A stretch of DNA of 64,000 bases from Convolutriloba macropyga (Eukaryota). Location: positions 17,670,001 through 17,734,000 of the forward strand of contig NC_134469.1 in NCBI RefSeq assembly GCF_964194025.1, written 5' to 3'. Both the position numbers and the translations under genes were made by a program. The number at the start of each line of letters is the position of its first letter. Position 1 is the stretch's first letter. The notes under the pieces were generated by a model, which searched no databases, had not been told where the DNA came from, and was given only the letters and a program-made list of their open reading frames with translations. Of the stretch, positions 53,048-64,000 are shown one piece after another.

Positions 53048-55360
53048 TGTTCAGACGTTTGATTAATATTCCACTGTTAAATAAGTTGCAATTAAACGCC
53101 TGGACTGTAGCTGTATTTGTTGCTGAAGTGTCGTTTAGATTTTACAACAACTATTTGTTTAAAATTTCAGCACTAAAGTTCAAGAAAAACCAATAATAAT
53201 GGCATATACGGTAAAGCACAATCACGAAACATCAATTAACATTAGATCAAGTAGAGGCAGTGCAACAAAGCAAAATAGAATTGCGGTTCAGCAAACTCAG
53301 GCAAACATTTACAAATATGACAAAGTTGTCGAATTTGAAACATTCCATTAGAAATTTAAATCGCTCGCATTTCTTGCTGAGAGAAATGGAATAAACGAAG
53401 TGCAGTTGGTAGAACCTATTCTAATGGGGGACCCACCTTGGCTCAAATTACAGCAACATTTTAAAACCGTCATTTTTCGGTAACCACAAGATCACTCTTA
53501 GGCAATATGTGAATTATACTCAACATAAATTTCTAAGCAGACACCCATCTTAGATAATTGATTGATTCAATCGATGACCAATATTAAGCAAAAGTTTTTT
53601 GAAATCAGGATGCTATCTTTTCAGACATTCTGTGCTAATTTCAGTTTTTATTTTTTAACATTCAATTACGTTGGCAGGCTGCGATAGCATTGAAAAAAGA
53701 CTTTGTGCACAATTTGTTTCTGATAAAACTTAAATCAACCAATGTGGTGACCCCAAAAAATTTATAACCAAGGCTTGCATTTCCTGAGATTATTAAATTA
53801 AAACGACAACTAGTAAACGACTTGTCCCTTCTTAACACGTGACATATCCCTATCAACACTTGATATGTCATTATATAGCTCCCTTCATTTAGTACTTAAT
53901 TTATTAGCTTAAAATTCCTATACGGTTCTTATTTCCATCTACGACCATACCTTGTACTTCGTTATGTTTATCCAAAACAACTGGATGCCAAGAGCTTTTT
54001 TTGCACATGAGAACTTGTAGTAAGTACCAAAATTGTTTGACGATTTACCTTCTTAAGTTATGAAAACTTGGTATAATTTGTAAATACTGTACACAAGAAG
54101 TAAGAGAAATTTGAAGTAATTATACTGGTAAAACAGATGTCAACATCCGTTTGTACATCTAATCAAACAACACCAAGAAAGGAAACAGCCTGATGTGGAC
54201 TCACTTGAGAGACTAAATACATCACGCATCAACACAGCCCGAGGTACAGATCTACGGAAATAAACAGCAGAACACTGAGAACTATCCTAGAACTCAATTG
54301 ACCGAAACGTCTTACCTAACTTAAAAATTTCTTTCGCGAAATACTCTTTGTTAACAATAAGAAAAACCTAAAAGCTAATAAATAACTGTACAGGAATTGA
54401 TCGAATAGTAGCTATGGAGTGGATAGCGCGAATCCAAAGCCGTTTTTAATGAGCCAACTGTTGATTGCAATCATATACTATTAAAACTGCACAGTGAAAC
54501 ATCTAAATAGCTACGTTTTAAATGCCTCAATTATTTCTGAAAACAATTAAGTTCTCATCTGAAGAAAACTTAAAAGCGTCACATCTCATTGGTTTTTTAA
54601 AACTTTTTAAAAATACAATCTAAAACTCTCGGCGCATAATAATTGAAACTAGTTGCTGTTGTATTGAACTGGCTGCCCAATTCAAAAATTAGGATCTTAC
54701 TAACTCCTGGGAATAGAAATTTACAAAACAATAGAATTTTCTGGGTTTTTCTCTTAGACGAGACCTTAGTCTAGCCCTTAGTGTTTTGGCCACAAAATAC
54801 CTTTGCAGTGAACAACCTTCTCAACCATTTGGTTTGGAGACGTTTATTAGAGAATAACTTGTTACCAAATTGACAGAAAAATGCAAACCGGCAGTCAAAG
54901 TTGGGGAACTTAAACAATTGTTTCAATTTCTAGCCTGTAACCTATGAAATGACCACAAAATTTGCCTTTTAGCTTTCAAAATGGCAAAACAGAAAAAAAA
55001 CTATGAAAAAAGCAGCGCTCATTGCGTCAGCTCAACTTCTAAACAATGATGAATGTATAGAATAACTGTGGCCCTTATAAAGATACATGCAATAAATAGT
55101 CTCAGAAAGTTGACTAAAACGGGCAAAAATATCTTCTTAACAAAATCCGCTAAAACAGAAAAAAACAAACGAACAAATTAGAATTTGAGAAGCAGCAATC
55201 ATCGTCAACACAACAGTTTTAAACGATTTAAAAATATATTTATTAGCAAAAGTAGCCTGAACGTTTCCGATTCATTTAAGATGAACTAGCAGGCCCGCAA
55301 AACCATAAGAAAACCATTTACACGAATAAAAGCTTTAAAAGAAGTAAAGATTTCTGTTTC

Positions 55361-55432
55361 GTAACAACTCGGGCTCGAACCAATGCTTCTCGTTTAACAG
55401 CCATAGGTCTCACCACTTAAGCTATCCTTGCC
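55361..55432 (-). pseudogene. tRNA-Asn-like pseudogene or SINE head
   Basis: The - strand reads GGCAAGGA TAGCTTAAGTGG ... GGCT-GTT-AA ... GGTTCGAGCCC; stems are degenerate. Confidence 0.5.
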
Positions 55433-55689
55433 TTTTGCTTTTTCTACAGCAAATTGCTGGACAATGGAGTTTGCTTTTTTGCTATACCGCATGCTTAATC
55501 AGCGCAAAAAAATGTGCATATTAGGAGCTTGAAAATGATGGAAAAGCGCGTCTCAAAGGCCATTTATTACTCTAGGTTGCATGATAAAGGACCCCTAAAA
55601 CATGTTACGATAGAAACGCTATTGACCATTGTGCTCAATTGCGACTGATATTTACGAAAGAAAGGTAGATTAGACAATGCGACTAAAAA

Positions 55690-58600
55690 GAGTGTTCTAG
55701 ATTAGCTCAGAATCTGTCAAGCGGAAACTTTGCAGAAAAAACCTACGCCTACAATAAAACTTCAAACTTAGTTCGCAAGCATACTTTTGAAGCCCTCATA
55801 TCCTCGTGGTAACTGCACCTTACTAAAAGCCTTTTTTCCCAGGTTAGGTTCCGACCCATCTACCTTGAGCTTTTTAGGTCATTGACCTCTCTCGATACGT
55901 TCGCCTAATCATGTTGCACAATGCGGCTCTTAAATGTGCTTCGATAGGCCACAAACATGCTAAAATTTTGTCCCATTTTAGAGCTCACGCGTTTAATATA
56001 AAGGATTGTTTTTCAACGGCAGGCATGTGCTTGAATATGCGTTAATTATATAGTATTACCATTTTTCACCCCCCAAACACATACAGGAACATAAACCGAC
56101 TCGCATCGCAAGAATTGCTCTCGAACAACAGGCAGCATGGTGTTTGAGTAGAAATTTTCAGTTCAACCCAGAAGGAACGTACCCGACACGGGTTCGAACC
56201 AATCCTCGACCCTGAATAGCAGTCCACGATCTTACCAACAGCGCTATAACGATCACATACCACCGTTTCTCACAATTGCTTTTATCTTATCAATAGACAC
56301 ATTTCAGATTGAGAGCACTTGAGATCACGCAGAAAAGAAAATATAAAAAGCATGAAAAACTTAGTTGAAAGCTAAGAGTGTTCTAGATTAGCGCAGAAAC
56401 TCTAAAGCTAAAACTTTAATTCGTTCAGGAGCAATTAAAAAACGTAGTACCCAGGACAGTAAATCCTTCCTCTGGGCGAACATACTTCCAAAGCCTCATA
56501 GCCTCATGGTAACTGCACCTTACTAACGGTCTTTTGCCCAGGTTCGGTTCACACCCATCTACTTTGAGCTTTTTATCTAATTGGCCTCTCTCGATATGTT
56601 CGCTTAACCATGCTGCTCAATGCGGCTCCTAAACATCCGCTTCGAATGGCCCCTTAATAAAGCGAAAAAATTTTGGCCCATTTTATATTTCACACGTTTA
56701 ATATACAGGATTACCATCTTCACCCCCCAAACACACAGGAACATAAACCGACTAGCGTCTCAAGAATTGCTCTCGAACAGTCAGCATGGTGCTAAGTAGA
56801 AATTTTCAAGGCAACCAAAAAGGAACGTACCCGACACGGGTTCGAACCAATCCTCGACCCTCAGAAAAGCAGTCCTCTATCTTACCAACTGCTCTGTAAC
56901 CACTACATACCACCATTTCCCACAATCCCTTTTAAACATATTTCAGATTGAGAGCATTTGAGACCACCGAAAATTCAAAAGTAAATCGTGGAAAACTTAG
57001 TTCAAAGCTAACAGTTATAGATTAGCGCAGACTCTGTAAAGCTAAAACTTTGCATAAAAACGTACTTTTACAATAAATACTTCAAACTTCGTTCAAGAGC
57101 ATAAAAACACGTAGTTCTCAGGACACTAAACTCTCCCTCTGTGCGAGCATACTTTTGAAGCCCTCATAGCCTTGTGGTAACTGCACCTGACTAGCAGTCC
57201 TTTGTCCCAGGTTCCGTTCTCACCCATCTACTTTGAGCCTTTTAGCTCATTGACCGCTTTCGATATGTCGCTTAACAATGCTGCTCAACGCGGTTCCTAA
57301 ACATGCGCTTCGAGTGGCCCCTTAAACATGCAAAAACTTTGTCCCATTTTAAGAGGTGACGCGATAATATATAGTATTAACATTTTCTCCCCCCCCCCCC
57401 CCCCCGAAAACACACAGGAACATAAACCGCCTCGCGTCGCAAGAATTGCTCTCGAATAACAGGCAGCATTGTGTTGAGTAGAAATTTTCATGTCTACAAA
57501 AGGAGGGTACCCGATGCGAGTTCGAACCCTCGACCTTCAGAATAGCAGTCCTCCATCTTACCAACTGCGCTATAACGATTAAATACCACCAATGCTCACA
57601 ATCGCTTTTATCTTATCAATAAACACATTTCAGATTGAGAGCATTTGCGATCACGCAAAAATCAGAAAATAAAACGTGAAAAACTTAGTTGATAGCTAAG
57701 ACTGTTCTAGATTAGCGCAGAATCAGTAAAACTAAAACTTTTTTCGTTCAGGAGCAATAAAAAAAATGTAGTATTCAGGACAGTAAATCCTCCATCTGCA
57801 CTAATCTACTTCCAAAGCCTCATGGTAACTGCACCTTACCAACAGTCTTTTGCCCCAGCTTCGGTTCTCACCCATCTACTTTGAGCCTTTTAGCTCATTG
57901 ACCGCTTTCGATATGTTCGCTTAACAATGCTGCTCAAAGCGGCTCCTAAACATATGCTTCGAGTGGCCCCTTAAACATGCAAAAACTTTGTCCCATTTTA
58001 AGAGCTGACGCGTTAAATATATATTATTACCATTTTCATCCCCCAAACACACACAGGAACAAAAAGAGACTCGCGTCGCAAGAATTGCTCTCGAACAACA
58101 GGCAGCATTGTGTTGAGTAGAAATTTTCATGTCTACAAAAGGGAGGCTACCCGACGCGGTTTCGAGCCCTCGACCCTCAGAATAGCAGTCCTCCATCTCA
58201 CCAACTGCGCTAAAACGATTACATACTACCGTTTCTCACAATTGCTTTTATCTTATCAATAAACATATTTCAGATTGAGAGCATTTGAGATCACGCAAAA
58301 AACAAAAAGCATGAAAAACTTAGTTGAAAGCTAAGAGTGTTCCAGATTAGCGCAGAATCGGTAAAGCTAAAACTTTAATTCGTTCAGGAGCAATTAAAAA
58401 ATGTAGTACCCAGGACAGTAAATCCTCCCTCAGGGCGAGCATACTTCCAAAGCCTCATAGCTGCATGGTAACTGCACCTTAATAACGGTCTTTTGCCCCA
58501 GGTTCGGTTCTCACCCATCTACTTTGAGCCTTTTAGCTCATTGACCTCTCTCGATATGTTCGCATAACCAAGCTGCTCAATGCGGCTCCTGAACATCCGC

Positions 58601-61600
58601 TTCGAATGGCCCCTTAATCACGCAAAAATAATTTGTCCCATTTTAGACCTTACTTGTTTAATATACAACATTACCATTTTCATCCCCCAAACACACACAC
58701 AGGAACATAAACCCAGTCGCGTCTCAAGAATTGCTCTCCAACAGCATGCAGCATGGTGTTGAGTAGAATTTTTCAAGTCAACCAAGAAGGAGCGTACACG
58801 ACACGGGTTCGAACCAATCCTCGACCCTCAGAATAGCAGTCCTCCATCTTACCAACTGCGCTACAACGATTACATACTACCGTTTCTCACAATTGCTTTT
58901 ATCTTATCAATAAACATATTTCAGATTGAGAGCTTTTGAGATAACGCAAAAAACAAAAAGCATGAAAAACTTAGTTGAAAGCTAAGAGTGTTCCAGATTA
59001 GCGCAGAATCGGTAAAGCTAAAACTTTAATTCGTTCAGGAGTAATTAAAAAAATGTAGTACCCAGGACAGTAAATCCTCCCTCTGGGCGAGTATACTTCC
59101 AAAGCCTCATAGCGTCATTGTAACTGCACCTTAATAACAGTCTTTTGCCCCAGCTTCGGTTCTCACCCATCTACTTTGAGCCTTTTATCTCAGTGACCGC
59201 TTTCGATATGTCGCTTAACAATGCTGCTCAACGCGGTTCCTAAACATGCGCTTCGAGTGGCCCCTTAAACATGCAAAAATAGTTTGTCCCATTTTAGACC
59301 TTACTTGTTTAATATACAACATTACCATTTTCATCCACCAAACACACACACAGGAACATAAACCCAGTCGCGTCTCAAGAATTTCTCTCGAACAACAGGC
59401 AGCATTGTGTTGAGTAGAAATTTTCATGTCAATCAAGAAGGAGCGTACACGACACGGGTTCGAACCAATCCTCGACCCTCAGAATAGCAGTCCTCCATCT
59501 TACCAACTGCGCCACAACGATTACATACTACCGTTTCTCACAATTGCTTTTATCTTATCAATAAACATATTTCAGATTGAGAGCTTTTGAGATCACGCAA
59601 AAAACAAAAAGCATGAAAAACTTAGTTGAAAGCTAAGAGTGTTCCAGATTAGCGCAGAATGTGTAAAGCTAAAACTTTACTTCGTTCAGGAGCAATTAAA
59701 GAAATTTAGTACCCAGGACAGTAAATCCTCCCTCTGGGCGCGCATATTTCCAAAGCCTCATAGCGTCATTGTAACTGCACCTTAATAACAGTCTTTTGCC
59801 CCAGCTTCGGTTCTCACCCATCTACTTTGAGCCTTTTATCTCAGTGACCGCTTTCGATATGTTCGCTTAACAATGCTGCTCAATGCGGCTCCTAAACATG
59901 CGGTTCGAGTGGCCCTTTAAACATGCAAAAATTTCGTCCCATTTTAACAGCTGACGCATTAAATATATAGTATTACCATTTTCACCCCCCCCCCCAAACA
60001 CACACAGGAACATAGACTCGCGTCGCAAGAACTGCTCTCGAACAACAGGCAGCATTGTGTTGAGTAGAAATTTTCATGTCTACAAAAGGGAGGCTACCCG
60101 ACCCTCAGAATAGCAGTCCTCCATCTCACCAACTGGGCTATAACGATTACATACTACCGTTTCTTACAATTGCTTTTATCTTATCAATAAACATATTTCA
60201 GATTGAGAGCATTTGAGATCACGCAAAAAACAAAAAGCATGAAAAACTTAGTTGAAAGCTAAGAGTGTTCCAGATTAGCGCAGAATCGGTAAAACTAAAA
60301 CTTTAATTCGTTCAGGAGCAATTAAAAAATGTAGTACCCAGGACAGTAAATCCTTCCTCTGGGCGAGCATACTTCCAAAGCCTCATAGCTGCATGGTAAC
60401 TGCACCTTAATAACGGTCTTTTGCCCCAGCTTCGGTTCTCACCCATCTACTTTGCGCCTTTTATCTCAGTGACCGCTTTCGATATGTTCGCTTAACAATG
60501 CTGCTCAAAGCGGCTCCTAAACATGCGGTTCGAGTGGCCCCTTAAACATGCAAAAATTTTGTCCCATTTTAACAGCTGACGCATTAAATATATAATATTA
60601 CCATTTTTCACCCCCCAAACACACACAGGAACATAAAGAGACTCGCGTCGCAAGAATTGCTCTCGAACAACATGCAGCATTGTGTTGAGTAGAAATTTTC
60701 ATGTCTACAAAAGGGAGGCTACCCGACGCGGTTTCGAGCCCTCGACCCTCAGAATAGCAGTCCTCCATCTCACCAACTGCACTATAACGATTACATACTA
60801 CCGTTTCTCACAATTGCTTTTATCTTATCAATAAACATATTTCAGATTGAGAGCATTTGAGATCACGCAAAAAACAAAAAGCATGAAAAACTTAGTTGAA
60901 AGCTAAGAGTGTTCCAGATTAGCGCAGAATCGGTAAAGCTAAAACTTTAATTCGTTCAGGAGCAATTAAAAAATGTAGTACCCAGGACAGTAAATCCTCC
61001 CTCTGGGCGAGCATACTTCCAAAGCCTCATAGCTGCATGGTAACTGCACCTTATTAACGGTCTTTTGGCCCAGGTTCGGTTCTCACCCATCTACTTTGAG
61101 CCTTTTAGCTCATTGACCTCTCTCGATATGTTCGCATAACCAAGCTGCTCAATGCGGCTCCTGAACATCCGCTTCAAATGGCCCCTTAAACACGCAAAAA
61201 TAGTTTGTCCCATTTTAGACCTTACTTGTTTAATATACAACATTACCATTTTCATCCACCAAACACACACACAGGAACATAAACCCAGTCGCGTCTCAAG
61301 AATTGCTCTTGAACAGCATGCAGCATGGTGTTGAGTAGAAATTTTCAAGTCAACCAAGAAGGAGCGTACACGACACGGGTTCGAACCAATCCTCGACCCT
61401 CAGAATATCAGTCCACGATCTTACCAACAGCGCTATAACGATTACATACCACCGTTTCTCTCAATCGCTTTTATCTTATCAATAAACATTTTTCAGATTG
61501 AGAGCATTTGAGATCACGCAAAAAACAAAAAGCACAAAAAACTTAGTTGAAAGCTAAGAGTGTTCCAGATTAGCGCAGAATCTATAAAGCTAAAACTTTA

Positions 61601-64000
61601 CTTCGTTCAGGAGTAATTAAAAAAATGTAGTACCCAGGACATTAAATCCTCCCTCTGGGCGAGCATATTTCCAAAGCCTCATAGCGTCATTGTAACTGCA
61701 CCTTAATAACAGTCTTTTGCCCCAGCTTCGGTTCTCACCCATCTACTTTGAGCCTGTTATCTCAGTGACCGCTTTCGATATAATCGCTTAACAATGCTGC
61801 TCAATTCGGCTCCTAAACATGCGGTTCGAGTGGCCCCTTAAACATGCAAAAATTTCGTCCCACTTTAAGAGCTGACGCATTAAATATATAGTATTACCAT
61901 TTTTCACCCCCCAAACACAAACAGGAACCTAAAGCAACTCGCGTCGCAAGAATTGCTCTCGAACAAGAGGCAGCATTGTGTTGAATAGAAATTTTCATGT
62001 CTACAAAAGGGAGGCTACCCGACGCGGGTTCGAACCCTCGACCCTCAGAATAGCAGTCCTCCATCTCACCAACTGCGCTATAACGATTACATACCACCGT
62101 TCCTCTCAATCGCTTTTATGTTATCAATAAACATATTTCAGATTGAGAGCACTTGAGATCACGCAAAAAACAAAAAACAAAAAGCATGAAAAACTTAGTT
62201 GAAAGCTAAGAGTTTTTAGATTAGCGCAGAATCTGTAAAATTAAAACTTTACTTCGTTCAGGAGTAATTAATAAAAATGTAGTACCCAGGACAGTAAATC
62301 CTCCCTCTGTTCGAGCATACTTCCAAAGCCTCATAGCGTCATTGTAACTGCACCTTAAAAACAGTCTTTTGCCCTAGCTTGGGTTCTCACCCATCTACTT
62401 TGAGCGTTTTATCTCAGTGACCGCTTTCGATATGTTCGCTGAACAATGCTGCTCCTAAACATGCGGTTCGAGTGGCCCCTTAAACATGCAACTTTGTCCC
62501 ATTTTAAGAGCTGACGCATTAAAAATATAGTATTACCATTTTTCACCCGCCAAACACACACAGGAACATAAAGAGTCGCAAGAATTGCTCTCGAACAACA
62601 GGCAGCATTGTGTTGAGTAGAAATTTTCATGTCTACGAAAGGGAGGCTACCCGACGCGGGTTCGAACCCTCGACCCTCAGAATAGAAGTCCTCCATCTCA
62701 CCAACTGCGCTATAACCATTACATACCACCGTTTCTCTCAATCGCTTTTACCTTATCAATAAACATATTTCAGATTGAGAGCATTTGAGATCACGCAAAA
62801 AACAAAAAGCACGAAAAACTTAGTTGAAAGCTAAGAGTGTTCCAGATTAGCGCAGAATCTGTAAAGCTAAAACTTTACTTCGTTCAGGAGTAATTAAAAA
62901 AATGTAGTACCCAGGACAGTAAATCCTCCCTCTGGGCGAGCATACTTCCAAAGCCTCATAGCGTCATTGTAACTGCACCTTAATAACAGTCTTTTGCCCC
63001 AGCTTCGGTTCTCACCCATCTACTTTGAGCCTTTTATCTCAGTGACCGCTTTCGATATGTTCAATTAACAATGCTGCTCCTAAACATGCGGTTCGAGTGG
63101 CCCCTTAAACATGCAAAAACTTTGTCCCATTTTAAGAGCTGACGCATTAAAAATATAGTATTACCATTTTTCACCCCCCAAACACACACAGGAACATAAA
63201 GAGTTGCAAGAATTGCTCTCGAATAACAGGCAGCATTGTGTTGAGTAGAAATTTTCATGTCTACAAAAGGGAGGCTACCCGACGCGGGTTCGAACCCTCG
63301 ACCCTCAGAATAGAAGTCCTCCATCTCACCAACTGCGCTTTAACGATTACATACCACCGTTTCTCTCAATCGCTTTTATCTTATCAATAAACATATATCA
63401 GATTGAGAGCACTTGAGATCACGCAAAAAACAAAAAACAAAAAGCATAAAAAACCTAGTTGAAAGCTAAGAGTGTTCTAGATTAGCGCAGAATCTGTAAA
63501 GTGAAAACTTTACTTCGTTCAGGAGCAATTAAAAAAATGTAGTACCCAGGACAGTAAATCCTCCCTCTGGGCGAGCATACTTCCAAAGCCTCATAGCGTC
63601 ATTGTAACTGCACCTTAATAACAGTCTTTTGCCCCAGCTTCGGTTCTCACCCATCTACTTTGAGCCTTTTATCTCAGTGACCGCTTTCGATATGTTCAAT
63701 TAACAATGCTGCTCCTAAACATGCGGTTCGAGTGGCCCCTTAAACATGCAAAAACTTTGTCCCATTTTAAGAGCTGACGAATTAAAAATATAGTATTACC
63801 ACTTTTCACCCCCCAAACACACACAGGAACATAAAGAGTTGCAAGAATTGCTCTCGAATAACAGGCAGCATTGTGTTGAGTAGAAATTTTCATGTCTACA
63901 AAAGGGAGGCTACCCGACGCGGGTTCGAACCCTCGACCCTCAGAATAGAAGTCCTCCATCTCACCAACTGCGCTTTAACGATTACATACCACCGTTTCTC
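55690..64000 (-). repeat. Tandem array (satellite) of ~630-680-bp units, each with a tRNA-derived head; >=13 units, continues past the window
   Basis: B-box regions recur at ~56191, 56839, 57519, 58158, 58806, 59457, 60100 (deleted), 60730, 61378, 62027, 62659, 63287 and 63922. Confidence 0.95.
62017..62087 (-). ncRNA. Representative tRNA-like (Pol III type 2 promoter) head of an array unit; not a canonical tRNA
   Basis: TAGCGCAGTTGG (A-box), GAGGA-CTGCTAT-TCTGA, GGTTCGAACCC (B-box), then TTTT ~9 nt downstream; D and acceptor stems do not pair properly. Confidence 0.55.

Noticed and set aside
57921-63959. Recurrent short ORFs (MKISTQHNAAC...) in the array
   Set aside because: Frames shift between units; by-products of the repeat.
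55690-64000. CRISPR array, functional tRNA cluster, 5S/snRNA/SL array, or hammerhead retrozyme
   Set aside because: Units are ~640 bp with no unique spacers; cloverleaf stems fail; no 5S/U1/U2/U6 match recognised; no CUGANGA...GAAA core with supporting stems found by eye. Other ribozyme classes were not testable without Infernal.

Overview
AT-rich eukaryotic (invertebrate-like) genomic DNA with four assembly gaps; no prokaryotic features. Contents: (1) a + strand, intron-rich NRF-6/acyltransferase-3 gene (335-12556). Alignment to its paralog implies GG, GA and GC 5' splice sites, each overlapped by an inverted repeat that pairs with sequence just upstream of the 3' AG. (2) A complete 7.5-kb non-autonomous LTR retrotransposon (17736-25229) with ~2.6-kb LTRs, CTATC target-site duplication, tRNA-Asn-type primer site, gag-like and orphan ORFs, and no pol. 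(3) A - strand multi-exon gene of unknown function (~31079-49829); one intron holds a decayed CR1/L2-group LINE with SGNH esterase, PHD/RRM ORF1 and APE-RT. (4) A second, nearly intronless - strand NRF-6 paralog (50569-53047) frameshifted by an 8-bp duplication. (5) A ~640-bp tandem array (>=13 units, running off the window end) in which each unit carries a tRNA-derived Pol III-type head. Also present: dispersed repeats, tRNA-derived SINE fragments, a 1.76-kb tandem duplication and microsatellites. All gene models were built by hand from ORFs and splice signals, without transcript evidence.
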